Made by a program: the position numbers and the translations under genes | Assembly: GCA_963668355.1 (NCBI GenBank) | Contig: OY764265.1 | Coordinates: 1,536,001-1,600,000 of the forward strand | Length of the DNA stretch: 64,000 nucleotides | From: Bdellovibrionota bacterium | GTDB taxonomy: Bacteria > Bdellovibrionota_G > JALEGL01 > DATDPG01 | Direction of reading: 5' to 3' | The notes under the pieces: generated by a model | What the model was told of the DNA's origin: nothing | What the model saw: the letters and a program-made list of their open reading frames with translations, nothing else | Database searches by the model: none | In this document: piece by piece, positions 8,824-17,833 of the stretch | Layout of the letters: each line of letters starts with the position of its first letter | Position numbering within the stretch: the stretch's first letter is position 1

Positions 8824-11225
8824 TGTCCTTTTCTTATCTAGGATTTTCGCGATCTCGTCGGTTGGCTCAACGTCGTGATCGAGTTTTGTTGGCGCAATTG
8901 CCCTCCAATATGGAGCCAAAAGGGTGGGCCATTTTACCCACGGGCGGATATGGACGTTTTGAGGTCACTCCCTTTTCGGATTCCGATATCTTGATTTTGG
9001 TTTCTACGGAACAAGATCTGAGGTGGATTGAAGACTTTGTTCACCGGGTGTGGGAACTCGGTCCTCCGTTGGGCTATTCCATTCGCACCCTTTCTGAAAC
9101 CTGGGAAGCCATGGACAAAGACGTCAAGTCTCTCGCGAGCTACCTGGATGCCCGTTTTTTAGTGGGAGATGAGGGTTTGTTTCGTTCCTTTCACCAAGAC
9201 CGTCGCAAGGCCATTTCTGGAACCAAAGGAGTTCGGTTTCTGGAACAAAAATGGGAGGAACGGGAACATCGCCTGGGTCAGCTCGGCATGAGTGTTCGGA
9301 TGCAGGAACCCGAACTCAAAGAAGGCCGGGGTGGCCTTAGAGATTATCAATTTTTGCGTTGGGTGATGTACGTGAAAACGGAAATGTCCGCACATTCCTT
9401 TTGGACCTGGTTTGGACGGGAACGAGGGGCTCGTTTGGCCAAGGATATCCATCAAGGCGCAGATTGGCTGATGCACGTGAGATCTCTTTTGCACGAAACC
9501 AATGAACGACCTGTGAATCGTTTGGGGTTTTCGGATCAAGAAATCATTGCCAAAAAAATGGGCTTTGGACATTCGAAAAGCGGGAGAGCTGCAGAAAAAT
9601 TGATGACTCTTTTTTTCACTCACGCGGATCAAATCGCAACGACCCTGGAAAATTGGCATGTCAATGGGTTTGAGCGATTCGTCGGAGAGTCAAAAAAGAA
9701 ACGTCGTTGTTTCCCGCGGGAAATGCTTCAGAGGCTCAGAACCATCGACTCATCGCCTGTGGAAATTTCGACGCTGGCGAGCGAGTTGAGTGCTTTTGCT
9801 TCGGGAAAGATTGCCCATGAGGAAAAGAAGGCTTTCTATGTCTATTTTTTAGAAAGTTTCGAAGATCCTTCTGTGCTTCCCATCATTCTGAGAGTCTTTG
9901 ACCGAAGCGGCCTATTTTCTCGATTGTTTCCAGAATGGAAGCGGATTCGCAATCGCATCCAACATAATTATCTGCATGCATTTTCCATCGATGAACATTT
10001 GCTAAGAGCGGTAGAAGAGCTGTGTCGGGGAATTCTCAGTGGGGAATTCGTGGGACTTTCGCTCGAACGTGACCGAAAGATCGTTCTTTTGGCGGCCTGT
10101 CTGCACGATATCGGAAAAGGATCTGAGAAAGATCATGTGCTTTATGGGTGTGAAATTGCCAAACATGTTTTGGATCGTTTGGAGATTGGGCGGAAAGATC
10201 AATTTGATGTTCTGTTTCTCATCAAACATCATCTTCTTCTCTCTCATACGGCGCAGCGAAGTGACTTGGGTGATCGAAAGGTCATTGAACGCTTTGCGAG
10301 AGTGGTACGTACACGTGAGCGTTTGAACTGGCTTTATGCCCTCACTGTTTCAGATATTCGAGCCACGGGGAGTGGGGTGTATACGGAGTGGAAGGCCAGT
10401 TTGTTGCGAAATCTTGTCCAGCAAACCCGAAATTTTTGGCAAGACGAGGGCGTGACTCAGCAGAACATGACAAGCATTCGATCGCATTTGATTGGTCAAA
10501 TGGAACGAAGTGCAAATGTTCCAAAGTTCACGAAAACATGGGCTGCATTTGGCCGGCAGCTTCCGCTTCGATATTTTTCTGAAGTCACCCAAAACCAGAT
10601 TTTGCAGGATGACCGACTCTTGTCCTTTAAACCTGTGGGGAACCAGTTGGTTTTGGAGTTTTCAGAGAGCCAAAATGTGGGCGAAGTCGTGTTGACACTG
10701 GTTGCGAAGGACCAAAGTGGATTTTTTGAAAAAGTAGCGCGCGTTTTGGCGCATGAAGATTGGAACGTTCGGCGTGCACTGATTTACACCACCAAGTCCG
10801 GATGGGTGCTAGATCGATTTGTCTTGGATCTTCCCCGACGTTTTGAACATCGTGCCCATCGATTACGAGAAAGTCTTCAGGCTTCGCTGAAGATGAGTCG
10901 AGAGAGGTTGAGGGAAAACGTAAAGAAATCCAGACTTCCGAGTCGGGCGACTCCATATATTCCAAAACAGATTGTTTTACGAGAAGACAAGCGGAGAAAT
11001 CGCATGATCATCGAAATTTATGCCCGCGATCGAAAAGGACTGATGGCAGACTTCGCGTCTTGTTTTTCTGTGGAAAATTTGGGCATTCAACAGGCTCAAA
11101 TTGTGACGGAAGGCCAGCGCGTGGCCGATATTTTTTTTGTAACGCCTCAGCAAGGGAGAGCCTTGCCCAATAAAGGAAAATTAAAAAAACTCCAAGAGCG
11201 ATTGATGTCCGTCGTTTCTACTTGA
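8823..11225 (+). CDS. glnD: PII uridylyltransferase / uridylyl-removing enzyme
   Basis: GGYGR..SDSD, LKEGRGGLRD, HD domain LHDIGKG, two C-terminal ACT-like domains. Confidence 0.88.
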   Translation: MSFSYLGFSRSRRLAQRRDRVLLAQLPSNMEPKGWAILPTGGYGRFEVTPFSDSDILILVSTEQDLRWIEDFVHRVWELGPPLGYSIRTLSETWEAMDKDVKSLASYLDARFLVGDEGLFRSFHQDRRKAISGTKGVRFLEQKWEEREHRLGQLGMSVRMQEPELKEGRGGLRDYQFLRWVMYVKTEMSAHSFWTWFGRERGARLAKDIHQGADWLMHVRSLLHETNERPVNRLGFSDQEIIAKKMGFGHSKSGRAAEKLMTLFFTHADQIATTLENWHVNGFERFVGESKKKRRCFPREMLQRLRTIDSSPVEISTLASELSAFASGKIAHEEKKAFYVYFLESFEDPSVLPIILRVFDRSGLFSRLFPEWKRIRNRIQHNYLHAFSIDEHLLRAVEELCRGILSGEFVGLSLERDRKIVLLAACLHDIGKGSEKDHVLYGCEIAKHVLDRLEIGRKDQFDVLFLIKHHLLLSHTAQRSDLGDRKVIERFARVVRTRERLNWLYALTVSDIRATGSGVYTEWKASLLRNLVQQTRNFWQDEGVTQQNMTSIRSHLIGQMERSANVPKFTKTWAAFGRQLPLRYFSEVTQNQILQDDRLLSFKPVGNQLVLEFSESQNVGEVVLTLVAKDQSGFFEKVARVLAHEDWNVRRALIYTTKSGWVLDRFVLDLPRRFEHRAHRLRESLQASLKMSRERLRENVKKSRLPSRATPYIPKQIVLREDKRRNRMIIEIYARDRKGLMADFASCFSVENLGIQQAQIVTEGQRVADIFFVTPQQGRALPNKGKLKKLQERLMSVVST

Positions 11226-11661
11226 GGCGAATTTTCTTTTCGTAAGGGAAGAGGTGCGTCCCATCCAACGCCTTTCCATCTTCCACCGTAATGGAAACCG
11301 GTTTCTGCGAGTTCCTGAGAGCTTTGCAGGCCTCAGGATCTTGGATGGAAAGATGGTAGCGAGTGGGTCCGATGGAGAACACATTCATGATTTGAGTGAT
11401 GACTCCTTCTAGCCCGTCCGCTTGCTCCGCATCTAAAACAGCGGTGGGTGTTTGGCTTAAAGGTCCCGAAAACTCTGCTTCTAGGTCCAAGCAACCTTTA
11501 TGCAATCGGGATTCAGATATTTGTTTGACTTCGACATCTGAAAACCCGTCGGGGGCTTGCTCCCCTGCCCACGCATAAAACGGCAGGGTCGCCACGAACA
11601 GAATCATACTCCTGGCTATGAAACTCATGACCTGCATCTTATGACGACCCCAATCTTTCAT
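11218..11661 (-). CDS. Hypothetical exported protein, possibly Ig-like
   Basis: Signal peptide ending AWA; AAGGA SD; C-terminus resembles that of the upstream lipoprotein. Confidence 0.7.
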   Translation of the reverse strand: MKDWGRHKMQVMSFIARSMILFVATLPFYAWAGEQAPDGFSDVEVKQISESRLHKGCLDLEAEFSGPLSQTPTAVLDAEQADGLEGVITQIMNVFSIGPTRYHLSIQDPEACKALRNSQKPVSITVEDGKALDGTHLFPYEKKIRLK

Positions 11662-11679
11662 AAAAGGTTTTTCCTTATG

Positions 11680-12537
11680 TTAATCCCAAAAATTTAGCTC
11701 TTCGGAATGTGGACCCATATGTTGGCTTTGTAGGTCGATGGCATCGAAAACCTTTACCTCAATCGAGGAAAGCCAACCAAAGCTAAAGCCATAGGGCAAG
11801 TAGGTGTAAGCAATAAACGATCGGTTGTCTGAAGAATAGGGATTTCGTTCGATCGCCATATTTCCTTCAGAAGCCACGCTGAACTGATCCAGAAAATCCC
11901 AACCCGTATTGGTGGCAAACAATCGATAGTACACACTGCCAATATCTTGAATGTCTTCATTGAACAGGATGTTCACGCCGATGATGGGGTTCCCCGCAGC
12001 ATCAGAGAAGAACTGAAGATCCATGTCCACGATTTGAGGGGCTCCCGGAAGAGAATAGACACTGGTTACATCCGAGGCCAGTCCCGTATAAAAAGGAACA
12101 TATGTGGTGGCCACAAGTGTTCTTCCAGAAGCGGATTGAATCGAGGCACTTAACTTCATTTGGTATAGCGCGCCATAGACAAATGAGAAATCAAGACCGG
12201 GTTCCCAGACAATTTCCATATTCGAATACTGTGCGGAGATGGTTCCTTCGTCTGTGATGTCTCGAATTCCCGTAGCTGTGCGTTCTTGAACCGTAACCGC
12301 CCCAGCAATCGAAGTGGGATCTATTTGTTCATTGAAACGAACGACGATATTGGAATTGAGAGGCACCAGTTCTTCTTCGTAATTGGGATCTGAGAACAAG
12401 ACTCGAAATCCACTTAAACTCGAAGGTTGAAGGGTGTCCCATCTGCTATATTGACCTTCGTCGCCGCATCCAGCAAAGAAGAGGGAGAGCCCGGCCAGGA
12501 GAATAAGAGTTTGACTCAATTTTCTTTTGCTCAACAT
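11680..12537 (-). CDS. Lipoprotein with Ig-like (Big_5-type) domain
   Basis: Lipobox FAGC; SDP..VPLNSNIVVRFNEQIDP..SI pattern; AAGGAG SD before ATG 12537. Confidence 0.8.
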   Translation of the reverse strand: MLSKRKLSQTLILLAGLSLFFAGCGDEGQYSRWDTLQPSSLSGFRVLFSDPNYEEELVPLNSNIVVRFNEQIDPTSIAGAVTVQERTATGIRDITDEGTISAQYSNMEIVWEPGLDFSFVYGALYQMKLSASIQSASGRTLVATTYVPFYTGLASDVTSVYSLPGAPQIVDMDLQFFSDAAGNPIIGVNILFNEDIQDIGSVYYRLFATNTGWDFLDQFSVASEGNMAIERNPYSSDNRSFIAYTYLPYGFSFGWLSSIEVKVFDAIDLQSQHMGPHSEELNFWD

Positions 12538-12567
12538 AGTTTTTGCTCCTTGTACGAACACTCTTAA

Positions 12568-12584
12568 CGCAAGCCGCGTGCCAG
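12568..12584 (-). promoter_or_regulatory. sigma54 promoter with IHF-like box at 12598-12610
   Basis: Minus strand CTGGCACGCGGCTTGCG is near consensus; TTTCAATATGTTA resembles WATCAANNNNTTR. Confidence 0.8.
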
Positions 12585-12705
12585 CTCGACAACCTGTTAA
12601 CATATTGAAAATAAACGAAAAATATTCAGTCTTTCAAAGAAAAGAGTGGCGGAAACTCAGCAATTGACCCGCTCATGCCCCATTTTCAGCAGAGGAGGGG
12701 GTGGA

Positions 12706-13704
12706 CTAAAGTTTGCCCAAACAGGTCCAGTTTGTGGCTTCGACGACTTCTTTCTCGGTTTTAAACGTAGTCGTGGTCTTGGGAGGTATCCGAAGGGGGC
12801 GAATCCAACCGAAGATCAGGAGGGCCAGGAAGGGAGCCCATAGGAATGTGCGGAATGTTCTTTGAGGTTTGAGGATGAAGGATCCTGAAAATGTCGAAAA
12901 CTGAAAGGAATCTGGGTCTGGAAGGGTGGCAGTGGAGGGGTGGGTGAGAAGTGCGCTGCCCCATGTGGCCAGATTATATTGGTGAGACTGTGTGGTTTCT
13001 AGAATCTCCGAAAGACGACGTTTGAACTTTTTTCGAGATTGCGAGGGGGCAGAAACTTCTGTCAAAAAACGCTCGGCCTCTTGAATCTCGGAATGAAGCT
13101 CTTTAATTCGAAGAACGACTTTTTCTTCCTTTTCTTTGAAGATCGAAACGTCATCGTTCTGGTTTTCTTTTGTCTCGATGGCTTTTTTCAGAAGAGAAAG
13201 TTGGGTTTCACGGTTTTCTAGCTGGTTCTTTAGGTCCTTAAGAATGAGCTCGGCTTCGTGGGCAACCTTGTCATCTGCTTGGGCCGTCAATTCAAGTCGA
13301 CTGATGGAGTTATTTAGGGAATGTCGTTCGGTGAGTAGCTTAGAAAGTTCCGCCTCGGTAGATTGAATTCTTTTTTGAAGGTTCGTTCGATTCGTCCATC
13401 CAAGGGTTTGGGGAACCTCTTGAAGAATCCACGATCTAAGCTCTTCATTGAACGTTCTGTGGAGGGATGTCGATGAGCACGTGATGAGATCTTTCGTTTT
13501 GAGTTTGCACTTAAGCGGGATGGAAGACAAAGGGCTCTCTTTTTGTCCTTTTAAGGCAGAAACATATTCTGTCAGCTTCGTTTCCTTTCCTTTAATGCGA
13601 TAACTAAAAGAGACCTTATATTGAGCAGGCAAGAGCCAAATGAGAAAAGAGATGACCCCCGTAAACAATACGAGCTCAAGGGTGTGTCGTCGCTTCCACA
13701 TCAA
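12706..13704 (-). CDS. Polysaccharide co-polymerase-like (Wzz/Wzc-N) membrane protein with no kinase domain
   Basis: Two TM segments flank a long coiled coil; tail TFKTEKEVVEATNWTCLGKL resembles the Wzc linker. Confidence 0.5.
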   Translation of the reverse strand: MMWKRRHTLELVLFTGVISFLIWLLPAQYKVSFSYRIKGKETKLTEYVSALKGQKESPLSSIPLKCKLKTKDLITCSSTSLHRTFNEELRSWILQEVPQTLGWTNRTNLQKRIQSTEAELSKLLTERHSLNNSISRLELTAQADDKVAHEAELILKDLKNQLENRETQLSLLKKAIETKENQNDDVSIFKEKEEKVVLRIKELHSEIQEAERFLTEVSAPSQSRKKFKRRLSEILETTQSHQYNLATWGSALLTHPSTATLPDPDSFQFSTFSGSFILKPQRTFRTFLWAPFLALLIFGWIRPLRIPPKTTTTFKTEKEVVEATNWTCLGKL

Positions 13705-15251
13705 AGGGTTTGATCCTTTCTCTCGGTGGGGTGTTTAAATAGCCCCAAACTCAAGAGTAAGAGCAGGGTCACAAAGAAAAAAGGAAGCAAAAGAGGGTGC
13801 TTTAGATAAAAGGTTTCCCCTGTGTGCAGAGAGATTCTTGCGTTAACGAGGTTCTTTGAAAAAAGCTTTGTGGCTTGGTGAAGTCTCCCGTGGGCGTCAA
13901 ACCAACCTGAGATTCCCGTGTTGGCAGATCGCAAGAAAACCCTTCGCGTTTCAATGGCGCGAAATCGTCCGAACTCAAGATGTTGGTAGGGGCCCGAAGT
14001 TTGATCAAACCAGGCGTCATTTGTGATGTTCACCAAAAACTGTGCGCCTCGTTTGACATAGTCCAAGCTTAGGTCTGAGAACAATGACTCGTAGCAGATG
14101 AGAATCCCAAAGGGATGCCCTTTAACGTTTCCGAGTTCTGGGCTGGAGGTTCCATGGGCAAAGTTCCCCGCCGCCGATGGAACGATTTTTCGAATGGGCA
14201 AATATTCGGAAAGAGGAACGTACTCCCCAAAAGGAACGAGGTGCTGCTTTCCATACCAATACGTTACGGCCCCTTGTGAGTTGATGGACCACGCAGAATT
14301 CCAAACTTTACGCTCCTTGCCCTGTGGGCCCCACGAAACGGCTCCGAAGAGTAGCTCGGCGTTTTCTAACACGTCTTTGGCAAACGGAAGGTGGGAAGTT
14401 TCCTGGTAAAGCATGATTGGAAGAGCTGCTTCAGGCCAAATGATCAAGTCTGCTTTGGATGCAACCGCTTTTTGTGTGAGATCCAAATAAGTGTCCAAAA
14501 TCTCGTCTTGCATCTCGGGAAGCCACTTCTTGTCTTGGGAGACGTTCCCTTGCGTCAGGGAGACCGAGAGCGAACCCGAACTCGGTATTTTTTGTCCCAA
14601 TTTCCATGTGCCGTAAATGAGAGCGAAGGAAAAGAAAAAGAGAAAACCCACGACACCCAAGCGGGGAAAGGTCCAGCAAGGCTCTTTTCTTGAGAGCAAT
14701 TCTGAAATGAGAAAATTCGAAAGGAAGATCAAGACATTCAAACCGAAAATTCCTGTTACATCCACAATTTGAATGAGGGGGAGGGCACCCGCGAGAGCGT
14801 ATCCAGGGGTACACCAAGGAAATCCTTGAAATGGAAAATAGACATGTACCCATTCGAGCAAGGAAAAAATCAAAGTCCCTATCAACCAACGAGGTCCGAG
14901 GTTTTTCATTCGGGCCAAAGCCCAAAATGCGGTTCCCCAGAATAATCCTTGTTTGACGACCAAGAGCAACAGAACCACGGAGGCTACGGAAATTGAAATA
15001 TTTCCATACTTGCTGATGGCGATGCCGATCCAATAGAGCGTAAGAAGGTGGGAGAAGAAGCCAAAAGCGAATCCCGTTTTAAAGCTTTCTTTCGCCGTCT
15101 GTTTTTGTGTCAGGACGATGAGGGGAACATAGGCTGCCCAAATCAGAAGGCTCCCTAGCCATAAGGGAAAGAAAGGTTCGGAATAAAAGGCCATTGGAAA
15201 ACAGAGCGCTGAGAGAAAAATGCTTAACCAAAGTTTTTTTTGTTTAAGCAT
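13701..15251 (-). CDS. lnt: Apolipoprotein N-acyltransferase
   Basis: QGNV, WPEAA, KQHLVPFGEY, ICYE, TNDAWF, RSANTG; SD before ATG 15251. Confidence 0.96.
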   Translation of the reverse strand: MLKQKKLWLSIFLSALCFPMAFYSEPFFPLWLGSLLIWAAYVPLIVLTQKQTAKESFKTGFAFGFFSHLLTLYWIGIAISKYGNISISVASVVLLLLVVKQGLFWGTAFWALARMKNLGPRWLIGTLIFSLLEWVHVYFPFQGFPWCTPGYALAGALPLIQIVDVTGIFGLNVLIFLSNFLISELLSRKEPCWTFPRLGVVGFLFFFSFALIYGTWKLGQKIPSSGSLSVSLTQGNVSQDKKWLPEMQDEILDTYLDLTQKAVASKADLIIWPEAALPIMLYQETSHLPFAKDVLENAELLFGAVSWGPQGKERKVWNSAWSINSQGAVTYWYGKQHLVPFGEYVPLSEYLPIRKIVPSAAGNFAHGTSSPELGNVKGHPFGILICYESLFSDLSLDYVKRGAQFLVNITNDAWFDQTSGPYQHLEFGRFRAIETRRVFLRSANTGISGWFDAHGRLHQATKLFSKNLVNARISLHTGETFYLKHPLLLPFFFVTLLLLLSLGLFKHPTERKDQTL

Positions 15252-15693
15252 AGACTCCTGTTTTTCTACACAGGTTGTTTTGTAAGGCGAACATCCTTTT
15301 TGCATCTTTCTCATTTTGGTGATCTAGACCTAAAAGATGAAGAAGTCCGTGGATGGACAACGTGCCGAACTCCGTTACATTTGAGTGGCCTGCGGCCTGT
15401 GCTTGTCTTCGGGCGGTGGGGGTAGCAATCATGATGTCCCCCAGGAGCAGAATGCCCGATGGCAGTGTGACGTTTTGATTAAAAGATAGTACGTCGGTTG
15501 AGGCGTTCTTCTTTCGATACATGTGGTTCAGAGATTTCATGGCGACATCGGTGATAAGGGTTAGATTCACCTCGTGTTCTTGCAAACTCATTTCTTCCAT
15601 GGATTTTCGCAAAATGCGACCGCAAGCTTTTCCGAGCAAGGCCGCCTTTCCCGTTCGATCCCAAACCCGAACAATGTTTTTGGACCGACTCAT
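15244..15693 (-). CDS. ybeY: rRNA maturation RNase YbeY
   Basis: TDVLSF, LGDI, HGLLHLLGLDH. Confidence 0.95.
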   Translation of the reverse strand: MSRSKNIVRVWDRTGKAALLGKACGRILRKSMEEMSLQEHEVNLTLITDVAMKSLNHMYRKKNASTDVLSFNQNVTLPSGILLLGDIMIATPTARRQAQAAGHSNVTEFGTLSIHGLLHLLGLDHQNEKDAKRMFALQNNLCRKTGVYA

Positions 15694-16643
15694 CTGGCGT
15701 GTTGTTCCCTTTCATAAGCCAGAATGATTTTCCGTACTAGTTCGTGGCGAACGACATCCTTTTCCGAAAATTCGGTAAATCCAATTCCTTCCGTGTTTCT
15801 CAATAGTTTGATGGCATGAATGAGTCCGGATTCGCATCCCTGGGGAAGATCAACTTGGGTGATGTCTCCAGTAATGACAGATCGAGAGTTGTGGCCGAGA
15901 CGTGTAAGGAACATTTTCATTTGTTCGGGGGAAGTGTTTTGGGCCTCATCCAAAATTACGAAAGAATGGTTTAGGGTTCTTCCTCTCATAAAAGCCAGAG
16001 GAGCCACCTCGATTTGATTTCGACTTAAATAATGATTGGCTTTTTCCGTTTCCAACATCTCATAAAGAGCATCGTAAAGGGGGCGAAGATAAGGATTTAC
16101 CTTTTCGGCCATGTCGCCGGGGAGGAAACCGAGTTTTTCGCCTGCCTCCACGGCGGGCCTTGCGAGGATGATGCGGTTCACTTCTCGGTTGAGGAGGGCA
16201 GACACGGCCATTGCCATGGCAAGGTACGTTTTCCCAGTTCCAGCGGGACCCCAAGAGAATACGATGTCATGTTTTCGCATTTGGGTGACATATTTTTTTT
16301 GAGTCAGCGTTCTGGGGGTGATGGGTTTTCCCGTCAACGTTTTTCCAATTGAATCCAAAAAAACGTCGGTTACTTTTTGGTTGGCGTCTTTTTGAGCAAT
16401 GAGGAGTGCCTGTTCGATGTCTCGGCTGGAGAGTTGCATTCCACTGTTCGTGAGTTCGTATAGTTCTTCAAGAAGGTTTTGAGCTTTTTGGCAGGTGTTT
16501 TGTTCACCCCGAAGAGTAAGGGTTGTGCCTCGAGCAAAAATTTCGATTTCCAATTCTTTTTCGATCTGACGTAGATGTTTGTCTTGGACGCCAAAAACAT
16601 TTCGTGCTCGATCTACGTCTTCAAGGATAACAACTTTTTCCAT
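15690..16643 (-). CDS. phoH: PhoH family ATPase (YbeZ-like)
   Basis: GPAGTGKT, RPAVEAGEKLGFLPGD, MRGRTL, DEAQN. Confidence 0.95.
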   Translation of the reverse strand: MEKVVILEDVDRARNVFGVQDKHLRQIEKELEIEIFARGTTLTLRGEQNTCQKAQNLLEELYELTNSGMQLSSRDIEQALLIAQKDANQKVTDVFLDSIGKTLTGKPITPRTLTQKKYVTQMRKHDIVFSWGPAGTGKTYLAMAMAVSALLNREVNRIILARPAVEAGEKLGFLPGDMAEKVNPYLRPLYDALYEMLETEKANHYLSRNQIEVAPLAFMRGRTLNHSFVILDEAQNTSPEQMKMFLTRLGHNSRSVITGDITQVDLPQGCESGLIHAIKLLRNTEGIGFTEFSEKDVVRHELVRKIILAYEREQHAR

Positions 16644-16645
16644 GT

Positions 16646-17830
16646 TTACTTCTTTTCAAGTTTCAATTGGAAGTGTTCTTGTTCTCTGTGGTAGATCCAA
16701 TGGGCATGTATCCGGGAAAAGCCCAGATCTTCCAAGGAGTAGGGAAGTTCTAAGTGAGTGAACCGGTAAAGCGAGATGGCCTGAACGAGTCGCTGATACT
16801 CTCGAATGGTTTTTAAATCTTCGATGCTGAGCGTCTGGTTGTGGATGGTTCTTTTGTCGGTGTCTTTGAATTGGGCACCAAAAAACGAAGAAGAATTGAA
16901 AGCCAAAAGAGGGAAAAGGAGCGAAAAGAACAGCGTGGCAATCATGGGGCGAGCGTGGGCTAAAATCCATTTCCCGAAAGTGATGTTCTTTTCCGTGAGA
17001 TTGCCGGAAGCCACTCTCGTTTGAGACAATTCATCAACTTTTTCAATTAAGTCACGAGACAGCAAGTCGGAAACAAGTTTTGTGGTTTCAAATGTTCCAA
17101 GGCGACTTAAGTAGATCACCTCTTGGACAGAGTGATGGCCATCTAGAAGAGAAAGAATCTTCTTTTCCGTATCGGATACCCCCTCTCCCGGGGTGGCATT
17201 TTTTTCAGGAGCGGGTTCATCAAAATCTGAGAAAGCGTCATCAAAAGAATCTTCGAATGCCTCGTCCTCAGATTTCGTTGCGACTTGAGTGGGATCGACT
17301 TTGGCCTGGTAAACCATGTCCAAGTTTTCAACTTTAGAGATGATTCCTGGCCATTCGTCTAACATGCGGAATCCATCCATCAGAACGCCCTCCGCCGATT
17401 GTGGATGGATGATATTGCGATTGTATTTGATCTCTCCCGGAACAAACTCATACAAACCCTGTTTCCATTGAAAGAGTCGAAACAGAACTTCTTTTAATTG
17501 GAGCGATACAAACTCTCCGAGAATGGCTGGAGTGATGGCCCCCATGCTTCTAAGAACATCTCCCAAACTTCGAAGAGAGGACTTCTGTTGATTCATGGCT
17601 TCATTCAGTTGGTCAGAAGTGATGACCCCCGCTCTTAGCAACATGGTTCCCAACAGAAAATCGTCATCGCTTTTTCGAAAAGTCCCTAAAATCACTTTGC
17701 CATTGTCGAAAACCACTTGGGCTTCTTTTTCTCCCGTTTTTACCATGAGAGATCCTGACTTGGATTGTTGTCCGATCAGTTGAAAAATGTCGGCAACCGA
17801 AAAGTCTTGGAGTGTTCCCTTGAGAGCCAT
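16646..17830 (-). CDS. DUF4388 domain membrane protein with MshEN-like repeats
   Basis: MALKGTLQDFSVADIFQLI start; two LGxxLxxxGxIT..Q repeats; C-terminal TM segment. Confidence 0.85.
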   Translation of the reverse strand: MALKGTLQDFSVADIFQLIGQQSKSGSLMVKTGEKEAQVVFDNGKVILGTFRKSDDDFLLGTMLLRAGVITSDQLNEAMNQQKSSLRSLGDVLRSMGAITPAILGEFVSLQLKEVLFRLFQWKQGLYEFVPGEIKYNRNIIHPQSAEGVLMDGFRMLDEWPGIISKVENLDMVYQAKVDPTQVATKSEDEAFEDSFDDAFSDFDEPAPEKNATPGEGVSDTEKKILSLLDGHHSVQEVIYLSRLGTFETTKLVSDLLSRDLIEKVDELSQTRVASGNLTEKNITFGKWILAHARPMIATLFFSLLFPLLAFNSSSFFGAQFKDTDKRTIHNQTLSIEDLKTIREYQRLVQAISLYRFTHLELPYSLEDLGFSRIHAHWIYHREQEHFQLKLEKK

Positions 17831-17833
17831 GTC

